A stretch of 41,308 bases of DNA from the NCBI GenBank assembly GCA_030618065.1, contig JAUXEE010000001.1, positions 1-41,308 on the forward strand, written 5' to 3'. Below the pieces are notes generated by a model. That model made no database searches. It saw nothing but the letters and a program-made list of their open reading frames with translations, and had not been told where the DNA came from. The number at the start of each line of letters is the position of its first letter. Position 1 is the stretch's first letter. Positions 8,003-15,484 of this stretch are shown in pieces. The DNA is from Gemmatimonadota bacterium (GTDB lineage Bacteria > Gemmatimonadota > Gemmatimonadetes > Longimicrobiales > Gaopeijiaceae). The position numbers were made by a program, and so were the translations under genes.

Positions 8003-10594
8003 TTACCCAATGGTTGCCAGAAGGCGATCAGCGAGTTCTTGATCCACGCGGTGGCTTTCTTTCATCCGTTCCAAGGCACTCCGGATCATCGCCGCTTGTG
8101 CCGAGGGCATCCGGTTCACGGCATCGGCGCTCAGCGGCCACCAGCCCACTTCCTGGAAATGGTCCGGCGCCTCGAAGAGGTCCGGGGCCTCGTCGGAATC
8201 GGGACTCACCAGGAATGCACGACTCTCAACCCAGGCGTGATCGGTCTGCCTGGGATCATAGACATAGCCCCCCCCGATGGCATCTGCCGAGGGAGGATCC
8301 TGCCACCCGGCCTCACCTCTCAGGACTCTCTGCAATCCAGCCTCGGCCTCCTCCCCCGGAAGGAGGAAGCCCTTGGGAAGCTCGAGGGAGGGAGAGTCCT
8401 CCACCGAGCCCAGGAGGACCTCGAGCCCTCGTGTCACGCTGCTCTCCCGGAGCACCACCGCCGCCACGGAGAGGTTGGCCCCCCACAACCCCAGGAGCCC
8501 CCGACCCGCGATCCCCGTTCTTCCTCGTGGGTTCAGAGGACGGCCCTGGTCGTCTCGGAACTTGGCCTCACGAGACCCCAAGATTCCAGCCATCCCCTCC
8601 AACTCTTCCGGATCTGCCCACCCACCCTCGGTCTTCGTGCGGTCCTGTGCGAGCACCAGGGGATCGACGTGGTAGGGGGGAGAGTACTCCTCAGGCTCCA
8701 GCATCCACGGCACTTCGTCGATGGAGATCCGCTGTCTGGGCGGGTAGGATGCGGGCCGTTCCGCCCGAATTTTCAGGTGGAAATCATCGGAAACCAGATC
8801 CAGGAGGAGAGCCTCCACGCTGAAGAGGGCGAACATGAGTTGCACTTCGTGGCACTCCCCACGTCCCCGCCGCTTATCGAAGCTGAGGGAGTGGCTGGCG
8901 TACCTGAGCATGGCCACCCTGTACACCAGCCAGTCGTCGTCCTCCTTCAATTCAAAGCAGGCTTTCCGGATCCTCCTCACCGCTCCCAGCATCTTCCGGA
9001 ACCGAAGATCCCATTTAGCGAATCTGAGGTTGTCGGGAAGCTCATCCACGGTCCCTGGGATCCGTTGGCTGAGGAGGTAGTCACTGAACTTTTGAAAACG
9101 GGGGAGATCCTCGAATTCAAAAGCCTTGCTCATGACAAACTTCACATCGTTTTCAAGCTTCGCGAAGTCCAGCTCCACCGGATAGGAACCCGTGTGGGTC
9201 CAGTCGATGAACCAGACATTGTCCCCTTCGTCGCAGATCACATTGGCAAAGTTCAGGTCTCCATGCTGAAGGCAGATCTCAGACTCCAAGGAATCCTCGT
9301 TCCGCGTGGCCAACCGAAACAGTGCCACCAGCTGGTCGAGGTCCACCGAGTTGGGATCTCCGCCGAATTCCTCGATGTACCGTAGGATGTGCTCCCCGTT
9401 CATGCGGAGATATTCCTGCTGCCGCTCCACATGCAGGCCGAAGCTGCGGTAAGGGACAAGGGGGGCCCGTTCCCTGGTGTTCCCGTAGAGCTTCTTAGAG
9501 ACCAGGTCCAGGGTCTTATCCAGAAGCTCGAAGAAACGGGCCACGGATGCCTCGTCCTCGGCTTCCTCGAAATGATCCTGAAGAGTCGTGGGCCGTCCCT
9601 CCATAGCGGCCAGGTCCATCCCCACTCCAAGGGAGTCCCCCTCGGTGACGGGGTACCCGAATGTGGGGACGTGCTTGCCGAAGAAATCCTTCACCTGGTG
9701 GTAGCCGTCCAGCTCCCGCCGCATTTGGCCAAAAACGTCGATCTTTACCACTAAGGGCTCGGTTCGGGCCTCACCCTTCCACCCGTCGGCGATGAAGAGA
9801 AGGCTGCCGCTGTACCCGCCAGCCAAGGGGTGAAGGTAGGTCCGGCTCCAATTCATGCAGATGAGTTGGATGATCCGGGTGGCCTCGTCCGAGAGCCGGT
9901 CCCTAGCCTCCGGGGGATCGATTCTGCAAGGCGTCGCCGCCGGATGCATGAGGGAATCCAACTCGAACCCCACCCACCGAGCCGCTTCCGATAGGTCCAG
10001 GAGCACGTGGACTCCCGAACGTGGGAGATTATGTCGGAGGGTCGCGAAATGGGCTTCCTGGGTGGAACTTCCAACCAGGTGGGGGCAGACGGCGACCTGA
10101 GAGAATCCAAGTACATTGCGGAGGAAGGTGGCAAGGATCTGGACCCGTTTCTCGGTGTGGCAACCCAGGACCAGGAAGGAGAGGGGGGCCTCCCCGGACT
10201 CGACCTGACCTGGCTCAAAACCGGAGACGTCTGCGATGGCCTCCACCAGCGCCCGCCATGCGATCCTGTCGGGAGTGCAGGCCACGACCCGTGCCTTCTC
10301 GGCAATCTCCTCAAGCGGCTCGACCCACTCGGCCATGACCGCTTCCAGCTCTGGGGGCTCTTCTTCTTCCCCGATGGCAACGGCCAGGTCTTGGAGAAGG
10401 ACCAGCTTTGGCCCTTCGGGGCCCGCATCCGCCACCGAGCGGAGAAAGGAGGGCAGTGGGCCTTTACCAAAGGCGCGTCCGGCCCCCATGAGTCGCCCGA
10501 TCTCCCGGGCCCCCAGGTTCATCTGTATTCCCAGGAACTGTTTCTCGGGGCTCAAGATCCCCCGGGTGAGTCCGTCTCCTATTACGATCTGCAT
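8003..10594 (-). CDS. 863-aa multidomain protein: unassigned N-terminal alpha/beta region, APH-like (aminoglycoside/choline kinase fold) kinase domain, and a C-terminal NUDT9-homology (ADP-ribose pyrophosphatase-like) Nudix domain
   Basis: The kinase catalytic loop is LQHGDLNFANV (residues 443-452, nt 9239-9268), followed by FIDW. The NUDT9-like part contains GRPLNPRGRTGIAGRGLLGLWGANLSVAAVVLR (human NUDT9 has [33 protein letters not shown]) and GYVYDPRQTDHAWVESRAF (NUDT9 has GYVDDPRNTDNAWMETEAV). The Nudix box is GFLLPGEEAEAGLQRVLRGEAG. An AGGAAG Shine-Dalgarno sits 4 nt before the ATG. Confidence 0.8.
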   Translation of the reverse strand: MQIVIGDGLTRGILSPEKQFLGIQMNLGAREIGRLMGAGRAFGKGPLPSFLRSVADAGPEGPKLVLLQDLAVAIGEEEEPPELEAVMAEWVEPLEEIAEKARVVACTPDRIAWRALVEAIADVSGFEPGQVESGEAPLSFLVLGCHTEKRVQILATFLRNVLGFSQVAVCPHLVGSSTQEAHFATLRHNLPRSGVHVLLDLSEAARWVGFELDSLMHPAATPCRIDPPEARDRLSDEATRIIQLICMNWSRTYLHPLAGGYSGSLLFIADGWKGEARTEPLVVKIDVFGQMRRELDGYHQVKDFFGKHVPTFGYPVTEGDSLGVGMDLAAMEGRPTTLQDHFEEAEDEASVARFFELLDKTLDLVSKKLYGNTRERAPLVPYRSFGLHVERQQEYLRMNGEHILRYIEEFGGDPNSVDLDQLVALFRLATRNEDSLESEICLQHGDLNFANVICDEGDNVWFIDWTHTGSYPVELDFAKLENDVKFVMSKAFEFEDLPRFQKFSDYLLSQRIPGTVDELPDNLRFAKWDLRFRKMLGAVRRIRKACFELKEDDDWLVYRVAMLRYASHSLSFDKRRGRGECHEVQLMFALFSVEALLLDLVSDDFHLKIRAERPASYPPRQRISIDEVPWMLEPEEYSPPYHVDPLVLAQDRTKTEGGWADPEELEGMAGILGSREAKFRDDQGRPLNPRGRTGIAGRGLLGLWGANLSVAAVVLRESSVTRGLEVLLGSVEDSPSLELPKGFLLPGEEAEAGLQRVLRGEAGWQDPPSADAIGGGYVYDPRQTDHAWVESRAFLVSPDSDEAPDLFEAPDHFQEVGWWPLSADAVNRMPSAQAAMIRSALERMKESHRVDQELADRLLATIG

Positions 10595-10602
10595 TTGGCT
10601 TC

Positions 10603-11931
10603 CTAAAGAAGAACCCCTTCCATGACCAACTCAGCCATTCTCTCGGTCTTCTCCGACGACACTTTCTTCAGCACATCTCTAAACTCCTCGTACTCCGTCT
10701 TCAGCCGCTCGAACTCCCGGGCCGGGAGGAGGAATACGTCGGAGTACGTGAGAGCATGAACCGACGCGGTCCGGCGCTCTCCGAGAAGGAGGGAAAGGTC
10801 ACCGAAGTAGTCTCCAGGACCCAACGTGCCATGACTTTCGCCCTCGGGACCGGAGGTGATCTCTAGCGTTCCCCGGCTCACGAAATAGATCCCGTTTCCA
10901 GGCTCACCCTCTCGGGCAACGATGCTTCCCGGCACGTGGACCTGTGGCTCGAGGGACATGAGGAGGGCATTCCTGAGAGCCGGCCCCGTGTGTCGGAAAA
11001 GGGGCACCTGGTCCATGAGCTCCCGTGTGAGATGAAAGAGCACCTCCAGCCGGATGGACTCGGGAAGATCCTTCAGGAGAGCCGGAGCACTGATCCCCCG
11101 GTAACGATCCCAGATGTAGTCGTAGTAGTTCTGGATCTGCTCGGTGAGATCCTGCGGCAGGTCCCGGCCCCGGAGGTATTGGTTCACTCCCTCTACCCGG
11201 TTCCAGAAAGCGGCTTTGGACGAGTCGATGCTGCTGACCAGGGAGGCGACGCTCCCGATGATGAGGGCATACATGGAGGCCCCCACCACCATCACCACGA
11301 TGGCGTACACGTATTCGATCGTTCCAGTGGGGACGATATCCCCATACCCCACCGTCGTGGTGGTCACAAAACTCCAATAGATGGAGCGCAGGTACTGCTG
11401 GCCGATTCCCAGGTCGGTTATGCCGGCCTGGGCAGCCCAGGAATCAGCGGACAAACCTTCCATGACCGCGATTGCGAACCACCCGCAGGCCACCCAGTGG
11501 ATGAGAAGAAACACAACGACCAGGAGACGGGAGATGCGCAGGTACCCCGCATTGGTAGTTCTGGACCGTTGCCACCTGCGGAAGATGACCTGGAGACGGA
11601 TCACACGACCAAGACGAAGGAGCCTCAGGAGGAGGACGACGGGGAGACCTCCCAGAGCCAGGCCAGCCCAGGGCAGAAGAAGAACATCAAAGGGAAGGGT
11701 GGAGATCAGGTCCCAGGGGAGCATGCCCCTTCGGTACCGGCTGGAGATTCGACTCGGTTCACGAACCTCAGAGCCATACTCCCTGAAGGTCGTTCTGAAG
11801 TTGAGCCGAATATCCAGGAAGAACACCAGATCCAGGGCGTACACCAGGAGGCTGCCCCATAGGCCTACCTCCCTCACGAAGGCCAGTTGGAAGGGGACAA
11901 GCAGCCCGGTGACCACCACCAGAACGGCCAC
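10603..11931 (-). CDS. Voltage-sensor-type, cyclic-nucleotide-binding-domain potassium channel (SthK/KAT1-like 6-TM + C-linker + CNBD)
   Basis: The selectivity filter is TTTVGYGD and the S4 segment is LLLRLLRLGRVIRLQVIFRR. A C-linker is followed by a CNBD with phosphate-binding cassette FGDLSLLLGERRTASV. The listed start is a GTG, but conserved N-terminal sequence continues upstream of it (see findings), so the 5' end is uncertain. Confidence 0.9.
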   Translation of the reverse strand: MAVLVVVTGLLVPFQLAFVREVGLWGSLLVYALDLVFFLDIRLNFRTTFREYGSEVREPSRISSRYRRGMLPWDLISTLPFDVLLLPWAGLALGGLPVVLLLRLLRLGRVIRLQVIFRRWQRSRTTNAGYLRISRLLVVVFLLIHWVACGWFAIAVMEGLSADSWAAQAGITDLGIGQQYLRSIYWSFVTTTTVGYGDIVPTGTIEYVYAIVVMVVGASMYALIIGSVASLVSSIDSSKAAFWNRVEGVNQYLRGRDLPQDLTEQIQNYYDYIWDRYRGISAPALLKDLPESIRLEVLFHLTRELMDQVPLFRHTGPALRNALLMSLEPQVHVPGSIVAREGEPGNGIYFVSRGTLEITSGPEGESHGTLGPGDYFGDLSLLLGERRTASVHALTYSDVFLLPAREFERLKTEYEEFRDVLKKVSSEKTERMAELVMEGVLL

Positions 11932-12023
11932 GAGAATGTCCCATCGAGCCCGGAAGTTAGACCCCTCCTGGATCAGCCTGCCACCGGCCTCATCGGCCTC
12001 AGGCGAAAGACCACTCGAGGGGG

Positions 12024-12356
12024 TCAGAAGCCCTCCAGCGCCTCGGCCTCGGTAGAGAACACCGAAAAGATGGTGCTGAAGCCGGAGATCTCGAAGACTT
12101 CCTGAACGGTGTCGTTGAGTCCGAACATCCTCAACTGTCCACCCACGCCCTTGAGCTTCTTGGCCGTGGCCAGGAGAATCCTGAGGCCGGCACTGCTGAT
12201 GTAGTTCAACTTTTCAAAATCCACCACGATCCGGACTTGGCCCCCATCGGCCAGGGCGTCGAAATGGGCATGGGCGTCCGGGGCGGTGTTGGTGTCCAGA
12301 TTCCCTTCCAGCTGGACGATGGTCACCTCTCCTGCGCTGCGATCATGGATTTCCAT
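12024..12356 (-). CDS. Single-domain STAS protein, RsbV/SpoIIAA-like anti-sigma-factor antagonist
   Basis: The product is MEIHDRSAGEVTIVQLEGNLDTNTAPDAHAHFDALADGGQVRIVVDFEKLNYISSAGLRILL..., with a phosphorylatable Ser in the ISSAGL motif. A GGAGGA sits 5 nt before the ATG at 12356. The track ORF starts at an upstream GTG at 12383. Confidence 0.85.
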   Translation of the reverse strand: MEIHDRSAGEVTIVQLEGNLDTNTAPDAHAHFDALADGGQVRIVVDFEKLNYISSAGLRILLATAKKLKGVGGQLRMFGLNDTVQEVFEISGFSTIFSVFSTEAEALEGF

Positions 12357-12414
12357 AACTGTCCTCCGCTCGTCGGTTGTCACGCAAATGTCTTCTGGGG
12401 CAGAGTCCCGCCCG

Positions 12415-14106
12415 CTAGCTCTCGATGTACTTCACCACGGTCACGACGTTTTCGTTGATCCGTCTATGGTAGTCGACTTCATCCATAATCTTTTCCACCA
12501 AATGAATCCCCAGGCCTCCCACTTCCCTCTCCTCCAGCGATTCGGAGGTGTCCGGATTCACGCTCCCAAAGGGGTTGAACGGATGGCCATCGTCACGGAT
12601 GGTCGCAGAAATCCTCTTCTCGCCCAACTCGATATGAACGTGGATCTCATGTTCGGTCTCGTCTTCGTATGCGTACGAGACCACGTTGTTCAGAAGGTCG
12701 TCCAGAGCCAGATTCATGGCCCGCATGGCGGGGACCGGGAGCTGGTTCCGCTGGGAGAACTCCTCGAAGGCCTCGACGGCCCTCCCAATCTCCTGAACCT
12801 GGTTCTTCAGGACCAGATCCAAGCGCCGCTGGTCTGCGTCTCCCGTTGGGTCACCAAAATAGTGGACGGCCAGGACGGTAACGTCATCGGCCTGATCGGC
12901 CTCGGCCTGAAATCGCCAGACGTCGTTGGCCGAGGCTTTCACCATGTCCTCCACCGTGACGAAGTCGGTTGACTCCAGGACCGTCACGAGGCGGTCTTCC
13001 TCGTACAGCTCGCCCTCCGGGTCCATGGCTTCCGTCACCCCGTCCGTGTACAGGAAGGCTTTGTCGCCACACCCCAGCTCCTCTTCGTCCTCCCCGTACG
13101 CCATTCCCTCCACGGCCCCCACCACGGGCCCGTGCCGCTTGTCCAACCGAACCAGGGTCCCGTCGGCCCGCTTCAGGTAGGGTGGATTATGGCCTGCGTT
13201 GCAGTACTTGAAATATCCCGTCTGAAGGTTCAGAACGGCCAGCCAGAGCGTCACGAACATGGACGAGTCGTTTTTGAAGGCCAACTCGTCGTTCACGTGG
13301 GTCATGATGCTGGCGGGGGAGAGGTCGTTGGTCGCCCTGGACTTGATGAGGGTTTTGGTGACGGCCATGAAGAGTGCGGCGGGAACACCCTTTCCTGAAA
13401 CGTCGCCCACACAGAAGAGGAACTGGTCATCGTCCACCAGAAAGAAGTCGTAGAAGTCCCCGCCCACCTCGCGGGCCGGTTCCAAGGTGGCGAAGACGTC
13501 GAAATCCGTCCGATGGGGGAAGGCCGGGAAGTCCAGCGGGAGCATGCTCAGCTGGATCTCCCTGCCGATGTTCAGCTCTCCCTCCATGCGCTCCTTTACC
13601 GAGGTAGTGCGCCGGAGATTGTCCAAGGACTCCTGGAGTTCGAGGTTCTTGACCTCTAGCTCCTCGGCCTTGGCCTGTATCTCGGCCGTCAACTCGTCCT
13701 TGCTCTTGCTCGAAAGGACCGCTCGGACGGCAGAGAGTTGGTCCTGTCTGGGGAGGCTCTCCATGGGGAGCCTGATGATGGCCGTGAGGGTGGGATCCCC
13801 CTCGGCACCATTGTCCTGCTCGACCGAAGAGCAGAACCGCTCCACGAGCCCGGGGATCTCGGGGGAGTACTTTCCCTGAAACCGGAAGGCGAGGCGGGAA
13901 CCGATTCGCTCGTCGTCGACCCTGATCTCCAGGGAGGGTGAGGTGTTGTGACCCAAGAGGTCCCGGCCCACCATGGAGACCATGGTGGCCAGCCGGGTGG
14001 CCAGAAGTTCCTGCTGGGTAAGGGACAGGACTGCCGACCGGACTTTTCGGCGAGCCTCCAAAACCTCGTGAAGGTTCCCGATCCTCAGGGTGCCCAGGGA
14101 CGTCAT
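12415..14106 (-). CDS. Fused RsbU-like PP2C (SpoIIE-family) phosphatase and RsbW-like HATPase_c_2 serine kinase, with a degenerate N-terminal partner-binding domain and a coiled coil
   Basis: The PP2C part reads GREIQLSMLP...AREVGGDFYDFF...CVGDVSGKGVPAALFMAVTKTLI...NAGHNPP...LYTDGVTEA. The C-terminal kinase part has N-box LDDLLNNVVSYA, G1 RDDGHPFNP and G2 GGLGIHLV. The start ATG overlaps the RsbX stop by 1 nt. Confidence 0.85.
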   Translation of the reverse strand: MTSLGTLRIGNLHEVLEARRKVRSAVLSLTQQELLATRLATMVSMVGRDLLGHNTSPSLEIRVDDERIGSRLAFRFQGKYSPEIPGLVERFCSSVEQDNGAEGDPTLTAIIRLPMESLPRQDQLSAVRAVLSSKSKDELTAEIQAKAEELEVKNLELQESLDNLRRTTSVKERMEGELNIGREIQLSMLPLDFPAFPHRTDFDVFATLEPAREVGGDFYDFFLVDDDQFLFCVGDVSGKGVPAALFMAVTKTLIKSRATNDLSPASIMTHVNDELAFKNDSSMFVTLWLAVLNLQTGYFKYCNAGHNPPYLKRADGTLVRLDKRHGPVVGAVEGMAYGEDEEELGCGDKAFLYTDGVTEAMDPEGELYEEDRLVTVLESTDFVTVEDMVKASANDVWRFQAEADQADDVTVLAVHYFGDPTGDADQRRLDLVLKNQVQEIGRAVEAFEEFSQRNQLPVPAMRAMNLALDDLLNNVVSYAYEDETEHEIHVHIELGEKRISATIRDDGHPFNPFGSVNPDTSESLEEREVGGLGIHLVEKIMDEVDYHRRINENVVTVVKYIES

Positions 14107-14690
14107 CAGGCGTACCTCATGGCGATACAGGACACGTCGTCGAAGGTCCGCCCGAAACGCTTCACCATGGTCCGGACGATGGTCTGGACCGAGTGGATCC
14201 GCATCTCAGGGTATTCGGATACCGGCGTCCGGTCGCTGATCCCGTCGGAGTGCAGGATCAAGATGTCATCGTCGCGCAAGGTCATCCGGTCTACTCTGGG
14301 GACCCTCATCTGCTTCCCCAGGGTGCCCGGCACCGACGAAAAAGTGCGGGCCTCTTTCCCCAGAATCCGGAATACCGTATTCCCGACCCCCGAATAGGCG
14401 AGATTACCGGTCTTCTCGTCCACGATGCAGACGGCTCCGACGGCCCCGATGGTCTTCTTCAATCCTTCGTGAAGAAGGGTCATCGTCGTTCCGGGGTCGT
14501 CTGTCCAGCGCCCTTTCACCGCTGCCAGCCCGGCAGAGCAGGCTTCATGGGCATGGCGACCGTGGCCCAGGCCGTCAATGAGGATGGCACAGGTGAGCCC
14601 CCCCCTTTTCTCGATGAGGGTGCCATCTCCACTCAACCTCTCACCCACACACGGGCGGACGAACGCTGCGGCGTGGAGAGTGAGCTCCAT
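14106..14690 (-). CDS. rsbX: RsbX-like small PP2C feedback phosphatase
   Basis: The 194-aa product contains GDG...LIDGLGHGRHAHEAC...AVCIVD...LHSDGISD, which are SpoIIE/PP2C metal-binding motifs in a single-domain protein. It sits directly after RsbT, as in RsbRSTX modules. Confidence 0.8.
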   Translation of the reverse strand: MELTLHAAAFVRPCVGERLSGDGTLIEKRGGLTCAILIDGLGHGRHAHEACSAGLAAVKGRWTDDPGTTMTLLHEGLKKTIGAVGAVCIVDEKTGNLAYSGVGNTVFRILGKEARTFSSVPGTLGKQMRVPRVDRMTLRDDDILILHSDGISDRTPVSEYPEMRIHSVQTIVRTMVKRFGRTFDDVSCIAMRYA

Positions 14691-14693
14691 GGC

Positions 14694-15083
14694 CTATGCC
14701 CAGATCCGAGCCGTCACCGTGGTCCCGGAACCCGGCTCGGATCGGATACTGAACTCGTCCATCAGTCGGCGCACGCCGGGAAGGCCGAGGCCCAGCGTTC
14801 CGCTGGAGCTGAAGTGGTCTTCCAGCGCTTCCTTCACGTTCTCGATTCCGGGCCCCCGATCCGTGGCAACGACCTCCAAGCCCTCCCGACCGGACTCGGT
14901 CACCGTCCTGATGATCACCGCCCCCTTACCGCCGGCGTACTTGATGATGTTCCGGGCAAGCTCTGAGATCGCGGTGGACACCTTTTGCTGCTTCACCTGA
15001 TCGAATCCCAATTCGGCGGCCCGGCGGTTTCCCTCCAGGACGGCCCGGGCGACGTCCCGATCTTCAGTAATCGGAATTCTCAT
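14694..15083 (-). CDS. rsbT: RsbT-like stressosome serine kinase (HATPase)
   Basis: The product is MRIPITEDRDVARAV...ISELARNIIKYAGGKG...ATDRGPGIEN...GTLGLGLPGVRRLMDEF. The ATG at 15083 forms an ATGA overlap with the RsbS stop. Confidence 0.85.
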   Translation of the reverse strand: MRIPITEDRDVARAVLEGNRRAAELGFDQVKQQKVSTAISELARNIIKYAGGKGAVIIRTVTESGREGLEVVATDRGPGIENVKEALEDHFSSSGTLGLGLPGVRRLMDEFSIRSEPGSGTTVTARIWA

Positions 15084-15484
15084 CTGTCCGAGTCCCAAGA
15101 GTCACCCGCATCGACGTCCCGCAGTTCATCGAGCTTCTCGAAGGCATCGTCCAGGGTCAAGACCCCGTTCAGCCCATCCACGTCCGCATCGAGATCCACA
15201 AGGGCTGATACCATCCCCGGCCTCATGCCCGCCAAAACGGATCGGGCCCCCAGTAGGGAAGCCATGTTCATGGTGTCTCTGAGATCGGCCAGGTCTCCTG
15301 GATCGAGGACCCCCAAGGCGGAAAGGTCGATAATGACCCCCGTGGCCTGGGATCGCTGGACGGCCCCCAGGAGGTCGTGTCGGAACTGGGCAAGGACAGC
15401 GGGCTCGAAGTCCACCTGGACCGAGGCCACAACGGTCCCCTGAGACACCCGCAAGGGAACCCGGGGAACCGAATCACCTGACAT
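15080..15484 (-). CDS. rsbS: RsbS-like single STAS stressosome scaffold protein
   Basis: The 134-aa product contains VPRVPLRVSQGTVVASVQVDF...GVIIDLSALGVLDPGDLADLRDTMNMASLLGARSVLAGMRPGMVSALVDL. This is collinear with B. subtilis RsbS ([49 protein letters not shown]). Confidence 0.85.
   Translation of the reverse strand: MSGDSVPRVPLRVSQGTVVASVQVDFEPAVLAQFRHDLLGAVQRSQATGVIIDLSALGVLDPGDLADLRDTMNMASLLGARSVLAGMRPGMVSALVDLDADVDGLNGVLTLDDAFEKLDELRDVDAGDSWDSDR

Noticed and set aside
7772-9385. 537-aa plus-strand ORF antisense to the kinase/NUDT9H gene (the 269-aa ORF at 8014-8823 is similar)
   Set aside because: The composition is junk (P/R/G/S-rich). The minus-strand frame carries clear kinase and NUDT9 motifs, and stop-free antisense frames are expected at this GC content.
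9900-10594. Isochorismatase/cysteine-hydrolase-like assignment for the N-terminal ~230 aa of the 863-aa protein (LVLGCHTEKRVQILATFLRNVLGF..VAVCPHLVGS)
   Set aside because: This is only a loose resemblance to the GxxTxxCV strand-helix pattern, with Arg where the catalytic Cys would be. It is too weak to call without a profile search, so I left it unassigned.
10936-11862. 308-aa plus-strand ORF antisense to the K+ channel (also 3108-4043 and 6326-7297, antisense to the permease and the RCK/IMPase genes)
   Set aside because: The same reasoning applies. There are no motifs, the composition is biased, and the opposite strand is confidently coding.
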